A DNA stretch of 58,580 bases, the filler included, from Sphacelaria rigidula (taxonomy: Eukaryota): the NCBI GenBank assembly GCA_964200075.2. It is 6 parts of 6 records of this genome, joined end to end, with 100 filler letters (N's around TTAATTAATTAA, not from the genome) between each part and the next. Parts side by side here need not be neighbours in the genome. Positions count along the whole stretch, not along the records: positions 48,903 to 58,580 come from CAXNAA020007978.1; 5 more parts are not named here. One strand, written 5' to 3'. Made by a program: the position numbers and the translations under genes. The first letter of the stretch is position 1. Each line of letters begins with the position of its first letter. The notes beneath the pieces are model-generated. The model made no database searches. It was not told where the DNA came from and saw nothing but the letters and a program-made list of their open reading frames with translations. Shown here in pieces: positions 51,217 to 58,580 of this stretch.

Positions 51217-52859
51217 TTCATGTGGTGGTTTCCACAGATTAGCATGACCGTAGCAAGGGTCGAGGTTTACAGTTTCCGCCGGTTTTCGTGAGGCAACTTG
51301 CTAGCTCCGATGAATTCTTGATCGGGGAGAGCACTACTGAAAAGTACAAGTGTCCAGTCTCCGCCGTGAAAGTTGACTGCTGCACAACGAAGAGGCCGTG
51401 TTGATCAAAATCAGCTTTGACGGAATATTTCGAGACTAGAAACTGCGATTCTTGCGAACTATGGCTTGTTACCATGATGCTAAGAGCTCTAGACTCAAGC
51501 AAAAATTGCCAATGATGTCTTGCTTAGAGTGAACAGCGGTTGTCGGGTACGCGGGTAAAGCAAAAAATCAAATATGGTACCATGATGAATCTCGCGGGTC
51601 CTGGTATTTCTTATCCCCCACTCAACGATTTCCATTAACAAAAGCTTCATTTACGTAGCCGAGAGGGAGGCATCTTCAATCAACATGTGCCTGTGCTTGT
51701 GCTCTACAACCGCTCGCCAAAGCGGCCGTGTGTTGAGGAACCTCTACATTTTGATGAAGCTTGTGGAACGTCCTAATTTCGGAATAAAGAATATGGAAAA
51801 TTCGCACGACTGACGTGGGTACTGGTACCGCATTGTGTTTGTACCGCCCATTCCTTCCGTCATTTTTCGTGGACCCAGATGAACCCGAAAGAAACGGAAC
51901 GACGTGATTCAGAAGTCTTTGTTGCAGAGGATGACGTGAGATACCACGCACTCCTTGAGAAAACAACTGGTGGAAGCAACGATCGCACCATACACCCAAG
52001 CGAAGGTGGACCTTCTGAATCATAGATGCCGGTTCAACAGATTATCTACTCTCACCGTCCAAGCGCGAAGGGCAGTAACTTGTAGCCGCCACCTCGGCAC
52101 GGGCGGAACAAGAAGTCGGGTGCAGTAATAGTAGGCTGCGCAATATGTTCAAAACCAGTATAAGAAACGTCTCTGCCGCAAACTCTGTACAGAGCAGAGG
52201 AAGGGGTGAGGCTCCGCAATCGTGCTTGTCCCGGAGCCGATTGCGGGGGCTCGAGGGGTTTTGTGGGGCTTTTTCGAGGCTAGAGCCCTCACATTACTGT
52301 GTCACTCGAGGCACAATACCACCACTATCGGGCGGACCGAATTTGCAGCGGGACATTTTCAATTGGGAACTACCGGTCAGATCTTTGCAGTGTTCGTGCG
52401 GTCCAATCTCACAGCTAATCACACCCGCACTTACATGTTTCAACACAATACAGCACAGCACATTGCCTAACGTGCACCCACGGCTCAACAAAGTGCCCCA
52501 GCAAAGGGCAGCGCCTTGTTCGTTTTGAGGAAGACGAAATAGCCGACATATCATCAAGTTTTCGACGACGTGCAGACGGCACTGCGTGCCGACCAACACT
52601 GTTGGACACGAGCGCAACGACAATATCGCAGCTCAGGCAATCCAAGCCTTTTTCGCAGTGCCTAAATACACCACAGGACAGTGACAGCTCTAGCACATGC
52701 GAAGGACATAAGTGTGATTGTGCTGCAGTACAGTGGAACAGGATAATGCCGTATTTTAGCCCTTCGCCTGATTTCAACCAGGTCCTCAATTTTGGGTGGA
52801 TGCCGAGTTTCAACGCCTGGCCATGATCACGCGCCCTCTAATTCATACTGAGTTTACCG

Positions 52860-52957
52860 CTAATTTAATTAAGCAGATTCTGTCCCGGTACATTTTCAAT
52901 TTGCCACATTTGGCAAACTGAAGATGTACCGGGACAGAATCTGCTTCATTGAATTAG
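52860..52957. repeat. 98-bp hairpin (47-bp arms, 4-nt loop)
   Basis: Arms 52860-52906 and 52911-52957 are complementary at all but four positions. Confidence 0.9.
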
Positions 52958-53916
52958 GGGGCGAAAACAGGTATCTCAAGCCAAACCTCTCAGGTTAACC
53001 CAGAGTGAATTGAAAGAAGCGCGACTATGGCCGAGTTTACAAGCTCGGCACTGGCCCAAAATTGAAGACCTCTCTACAATCAGACAGAGGACTATAACAT
53101 GGGACATGTCCTGTTTCACTACTGTACCACAGCAAAAATACCCAAGCCCTCTCTCATGTGTCGAAGCTTCCACTGTTCACGCATTGCGTACACGGTTCTA
53201 TTGTGGTGTATTAACGCATGCGTACACGGTTTGGGTTGCATGGGCTGCGATATTGTCGTCGTGTGTCTCTGCAGAAAACAATGGTTGTCGGCACCAAGTG
53301 CTGGCTGCACACTGTTGAAAGCTTCATGAGAGTGTTTACTGTCTCGCCTTCGGTAAGACGAACAACGCGCCGTCAGTTGCCGTGCGTTGGGCGCCCGTAC
53401 TGTACCGTACTACTGTTTTGTGTTCAGTGTACAACACAGTATTACCCATGATACTGTGTTGGGCTGAAACGCGCTGCGAGTTAGACTGCACGAACGCTTG
53501 GTTTTAGGGTACTCCCCTGGCGATTCCCAAGCGAAATGGAGCGGTCTGACTGGTGAGTCGCCAAGCGATTCTGTCCCGCTCCAGTCTGCCAAACGTTTAG
53601 GGATAGGGATGTCTCTGTCTTGGTGGCTCCCCGTTTTGCACATACTTCGATTCCCCCGTTTATTTCTTCAGTTTCTCGGGCAGTATTTGATGTGTTTTTC
53701 TATTTTTAGTTTTTGGCGATTTTGCCTGCGAGATGCATGTCTTCAACAGTTGCATTACTTTCTTCTTTTTTGTTACAATTTCATGCACCAAGCGTAACTA
53801 ATTCACCGTCACCGGGTTTGTCGACGAACTAAGAGTGTCTCGAAAAATAAAATGTATATCGGCAATAGGCAGTGTGGGTCGACCCACGCCACTTTCAGGC
53901 TCAAAGGGGTATTCTC

Positions 53917-54224
53917 CAAACAGAGATACGGGCTCTGCCCGTGCTGTACTTCGGCAAAAAAGGGGGTATGAGCATGGGAACAAGAGAGTCGGGGATGAAA
54001 GAGTAAATGGCGGTGGGCCGTCCCACCCTGTTCTTGGACTAAAGGAGGCCTACTGCGTAAGCCCTTGTTGCCCGCTGCACTGTTTGGTCCGTAGGCGCGC
54101 CCGAAAGTTCGTGGAAGTCGACTGCAGTGCTATTACCTAGGCCGTGGTCGACTTGCCTTCGCCTCGGGATTGAAATTTCGATCCATTTCGGAGAAGCACG
54201 GATAGAGCCAGTATCTGTATTTTG
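53917..54224. repeat. Possible MITE with degenerate ~30-bp inverted ends
   Basis: agatacgggctctgcccgtgct (~53924) pairs with agcacggatagagccagtatct (~54195). Confidence 0.4.
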
Positions 54225-54479
54225 TCAAGACCACTTTCAGCTGAAAAGGGCGCGGATCGGCCCAGTTCGCTTATTGCTCAATACATGTGCGCTATATATT
54301 TGACTGCACAGAGAACAAAGCAAGACAGTCATACAGCAATTATTTACAGTGAACGATTACAACCCATTGTTAGCACATTCCTCATGGCATTGCAGCAGCA
54401 AAAAATCGTTCCCCGGTAAAAAAAGCGTAGAACGGTATACATTGCGTGGCGTAGAGATATCAAAACACCGTTATTGGGA

Positions 54480-55890
54480 TGCACATATACAATAATACAA
54501 GAGGGTATGGCACAGATAGACAGGATGGACGTGATCCTCAGAGACTCGCACCTAGCACAAGGAATAAGATATGTATCCTAATGCACGTGATTGTACCGAA
54601 GCTAGAATATACAGCAGTGTGGGAGGGGAACATTACAGATGCAGCAGCTAAGAAAATACTTGGGTGCTCAAAAACGACGAGCAATGAAAGCTCTGAGAGC
54701 AGACTCGGAGATGTGCCCACTTCAACAGACATGAGCAAACTGAGATGGCAATGTAGCATAGAGAGGATGCAACCAAATAGATTGCCAGCCATGGTTGATA
54801 GGGCTACATGGAGAGGCAGCGATACGGCACGCGAAAGCTGCAGGCCAAGATGCACCGACAGCAACTCATCATAGCCTACGCCAGATACGCAAAGCATCGT
54901 ATTTGGTCCCCATCTCTGATCTGTTCATCATTTGTCCCTGGTGGTTTCTTTTTTTCTTGTCTGTTTTTGTTTCGTCTGTGCTCTACCCCCTCACCCCCCG
55001 CCGCCGCCGGAACGAGCCTGGCTCTGTCTTCTTGTTTATTGCATTCCTTTCCTCACGTTTTATTCTTTCATGCTTATTTTCTTTCATTTCCTTTTTGAGG
55101 TCGTTGCTTCTGTCATTTCCTGTTCCTTTCCTGACCACGGGCTGGATTGTTGCAATCAGAAAATGTGAGATAATCGATCAACCAATCAATGGAATAAAGT
55201 AACGAAAGGCCGGGCTGAACAAGGTGGGATAGCGAGGTCTAGGAAGTATGGAAGGAGACTGGAGGAAACTAAGACCAGAGACTGTTCATAGGTGAAGGTG
55301 CGGGGTACGAGACAAGAGAGAAATGATGGAAAAGAGCGGGGGAAAACTCTCACACACGAAGTAGACGAGGAAGAACACCTGAAGATATATGGGGTGTTGA
55401 GAGAGGGGATAGGAATAAAAATATATTCGCATGGCCCAATAGACGCGGCGACAAATTTGAACCTGCGATTTCGGGTAAGAGACCTGGACCTGCCAGAAAG
55501 AAGAGATATACCAGCAGTCGAGAGGAGTAGGAAGTAGATGCGCATAATTGCCCCTGTGGCGAAGCAATCGAGAGCAGAATTCACGTAGTGGTGGAAATAA
55601 AACTATGAAAGGAAAGAACGGGACGTGAACGAAGGTGGCATGAAATCGTTTGATGCACTAGACAGTAGGGAAAAGACGATGGCTACAATAGGATACAGAT
55701 GGTGGCAACTGACGGCGAAACAGGACGGAGATAAGATACATGAAAGGCTTTAGTGTGCTGTATGGAAGAAGCGCAGCGAGCACCGAAATGTCGGAGGTGT
55801 CTCTATTCGAAGTAGGGACGGTGCCCCGTCTCGAAAGGGGTACGTGGTCAATAGTCAAACGACCAAGGCAAGCAACAAACAAGTACGCCC
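54480..55890 (+). mobile_element. Decayed LINE, 3' part of ORF2 plus 3' UTR
   Basis: Post-RT motifs KICILMHVIVPKLEY..VWEGN, AAKKILGCSKTTSN, KLRWQ, RLPAMVDR and LRFRVRDLDL, broken by frameshifts. Ends in the ...AGTACGCCC terminus shared with three other copies. Confidence 0.8.
54813..55188 (+). mobile_element. Retroposon fragment with an (AATC)n-like tail nested in the LINE
   Basis: Interrupts the LINE reading frame, is flanked by ATGGA (54808-54812 and 55189-55193), and ends aatcgatcaaccaatca. Confidence 0.6.
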
Positions 55891-57872
55891 CGCCCACCCC
55901 ACACACCCGTGATCACCCCCCCTGAAAGCACAGCTACAACAGTGGAATGTGCTTCATCACAGGGGTGACGCTAGATACCACACCCTCTCCGCAAATTATG
56001 AAATACAACGCCCCTGTGAGAGCTCGCCGAACCCCCGAAACAACGTCACTCCGAGGGTATCTTGGTATCTTATGTGACATACGGTAAATAAGCGCGATTG
56101 AATTCATGGAGGACGAGTAACTCTGAGGATCCGTCATCCAGAGTCCATTCGTACACTGAACTACACTGTGAACTCCGAAAAGAGCCATCTACCATGACTC
56201 GCGGTGGCCAAGATCTTGATATCTCGCGTGTATCTTTGTCACTAGGGTCCAGTATACAGTATATCGAAGGAGCCAGAGCAAAGATGAAACCTCCAAAGTG
56301 AACCGACACACCCAAATGTATGCCGATTCGCACAGGAAAAGTAAGAATCACCGGCAGACGGCCAGATCAACCGGTCTATTCAATTTTCGGGGTGAAGTTG
56401 GATATGCCTAGATACCCTCGGCCCCGGTCTCGAAGCACCCTGTTATCTAGTGCAGAAACAGCGGCAGTGGTGAAGGCCACCTTAGCAGAGGCAAACCTGC
56501 GCTGTTGGGATTGTGTTGAGAGGAAACACCCAAGCCTTGTTATTTTTCTCATATTTCATCGTTACTTCGTTCGGGATCTCCAGACTCCTGGAGTTGGGGT
56601 TGAGACTAAGCTCATCAAGGTGGAGTGCAAGGGATTGGACTGTGTATGCCAGCCCGCGCCACACGAATGTCGCGTAACTGGGTTACTCTTAAGGAGAAGA
56701 CCGGGTTTGATGAGGTTAATTTCTTCATTTGGTTCAACGAAAACTTCTTCGCATTCCCTACCCGCACCCTTACGCGCAGCATCAGTGACCCACCCCGACA
56801 GAGCGGCCGAGAATAGAGATGAGCAAGTTTGGAGGGTAGTTTGCGGGAAAGAAACATAGTCTCCGAATAAAGCAACACAGAATTCAACTCACATTATGCG
56901 CATTTTGGCACGCCTTGTTGCGGCCTCCACCCCGTAGGGTTTCAACCCACCCCCTTCCGCCCTCTCCACCTGAAAGGATGGAGAAAGGGTCGGGGGTGTG
57001 ATGTGCGTGAGGGATGGTTTTCAGCATTTTCTTTTTCTAAACAATGACAATAGAAAGCGTTGATGACAAATTAATAATGACTGTATAACATCACTTTTTG
57101 CTATGCTCCTGTTCGTACATTTGGGCTAAACTGAGTTTACTGTTGTGTTGTGCCGTGCAGACTCACCGTCTGCTGCTGGTGGGAGTTTGTTTGAAACAGA
57201 TAGAGGGGAGCTGGTTCTTCCAGGTGAGATGAGCGAAAAGCTTTCTCATTTACACATGGAGGCGCTTGATTCGTGTGGAAAAGGGTTGATGCAATAGATT
57301 TCCTAGAGCAAGACGTACCAGATAAGATGCACTACTACAGTTGTATCGTGAATTAGTTTGCACACTATGAGTACTGGTACAACACGACACTGCAACTGTT
57401 GCTGTGGCGACCGCCGCACAACCTGAACAGCAGAGCGGCAGAAGCATGTAGTCTACGTTTGTGTCAGCCATGCCTCCATTGCAGTAAAGCAAAGGCCAAT
57501 TTGACTTGGTTCCACCTATTCGCCTAAAGTTGTGCTAGCCAACGCTGATAATGGATTGTAGACTGCCGTCTGTTCCGCAATTTGCACAAATTGCATGTGC
57601 TGGTGCTGTGTGCTAGCTCCGTGGTTCCCTCTTTTCCTTCCAAAACGACAGGGCTATCGCCACAGTACCGACTGCAATCGCATTGTTGACTATCTGACTG
57701 CGTATTCTGTCGTGCTCCACTACTGTCCTCCGTCGACGGTAATTATTGGCAGTAAGATTGCCAATAATTGTTCCGAGTCTAAAATACCGCGGTTATTCGA
57801 TTTTCGCCACCATGATTTCTAAAATTTTGACAGGAAAGACAAACTACACTCCAGCTTTGTACGCTGAATTAA

Positions 57873-58506
57873 CCCTTTTGGAACCCTCTCATCCTGTCCC
57901 CGTACTGTAATGTAATGTAATGTAAGGGTAATGAGCGTCAGAATGTTGGAGGTGTCTCTAGTAGGAGTAGGAACGGTGCTCCGTCCGTCGAAAAGGTGGT
58001 CAATGGTCGAACGACGAAGGCAGCAACAAATGAGTACGCCCCCCCCTCCTGTCCCCGGGCCAAACGCCTCATTATGAGAAGCCCTGACAAAGAGAAAAAA
58101 GATGGAAGCAGGAAAGGCCGACGGCAACCATTTTAAAATGGAAGACCGAAAACGAATCTAGTAGCACACGCGGCGGGTGCAGGGAAAATGTCCTCCCTGG
58201 AGAGGTCGGGTGAGATTTGTCCAATCATACCACGCGACGAATGAAGTGTGTCCAATTGTATTCATTGGCGATAATTTTCAAAAACACTATGAAACATTCC
58301 ATTCTAAAAACAGCTGTAGGGTCGAGGTCTGATACGGCACATCGGTAAATAGGAAACCTTCTTTCGTTCCACTCGTCACTCGCACGGGCCTGAAAATTAC
58401 GCATTGGGTGAATGTTGTTGCGTCTGAGCTGTAGACCATCAACCATACCTTGCTCCAAAACCGTCAATCGCAAATGATCAATTTTCCATTGTGAGTTCCA
58501 AAAGAG
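57873..58506. mobile_element. Non-autonomous piggyBac-like element
   Basis: TTAA|CCCTTTTGGAAC ... GTTCCAAAAGAG|TTAA. Homologous to both ends of 41249-42766. Confidence 0.85.
57903..58046 (+). mobile_element. Oligo-C-tailed LINE 3' end preceded by (TGTAA)n, inserted in the piggyBac-like element
   Basis: Flanked by duplicated TCCTGTCCCCG. The copies at 41249 and 58511 lack the insert. Confidence 0.8.
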
Positions 58507-58510
58507 TTAA

Positions 58511-58580
58511 CCCTTTGGGAACCCTCCCCTCCCGTCCCCGGGCCAGACGCCTCATTATGAGAAGCCCTGACAAAGAAAAA
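58511..58580. mobile_element. Start of a second, tandem piggyBac-like copy
   Basis: Begins CCCTTTGGGAAC immediately after the shared TTAA (58507-58510). Confidence 0.8.

Noticed and set aside
51239-53330. Exon-like stretches in contig 6, and the ORF at 56320-56859
   Set aside because: I could not build a phase-consistent model or recognise a domain. They are left uncalled rather than shown to be non-coding.

Overview
This is eukaryotic, intron-rich DNA, most likely from a brown alga (Phaeophyceae, Ectocarpus-like). That call is an inference from the exon/intron style, the flagellar gene and the repeat types. The window is not one locus. It is six contigs of 9682, 9681, 9681, 9679, 9679 and 9678 bp, joined by identical 100-nt spacers (44 N + TTAATTAATTAA + 44 N), so neighbourhoods across spacers mean nothing. 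Hand-spliced genes: (i) ten in-phase exons of the flagellar central-pair gene CFAP74 (contig 4); (ii) a probably N-myristoylated Dbl-family RhoGEF (DH-PH) that appears to continue into a C-terminal RGS domain (contig 3), the most interesting object here; (iii) one sulfotransferase exon; (iv) a secreted protein of unknown function; (v) a low-confidence plastid-targeted, carrier-like membrane protein. The rest is dominated by mobile DNA: a decayed Ty1/copia element with a 99-bp tandem repeat, LINE remnants (one family ends in oligo-C and sits in C-rich targets), tRNA-derived SINEs, TTAA-flanked piggyBac-like elements, foldback elements and a MITE carrying telomeric repeats. No database searches were possible, so all family calls come from motif recognition.
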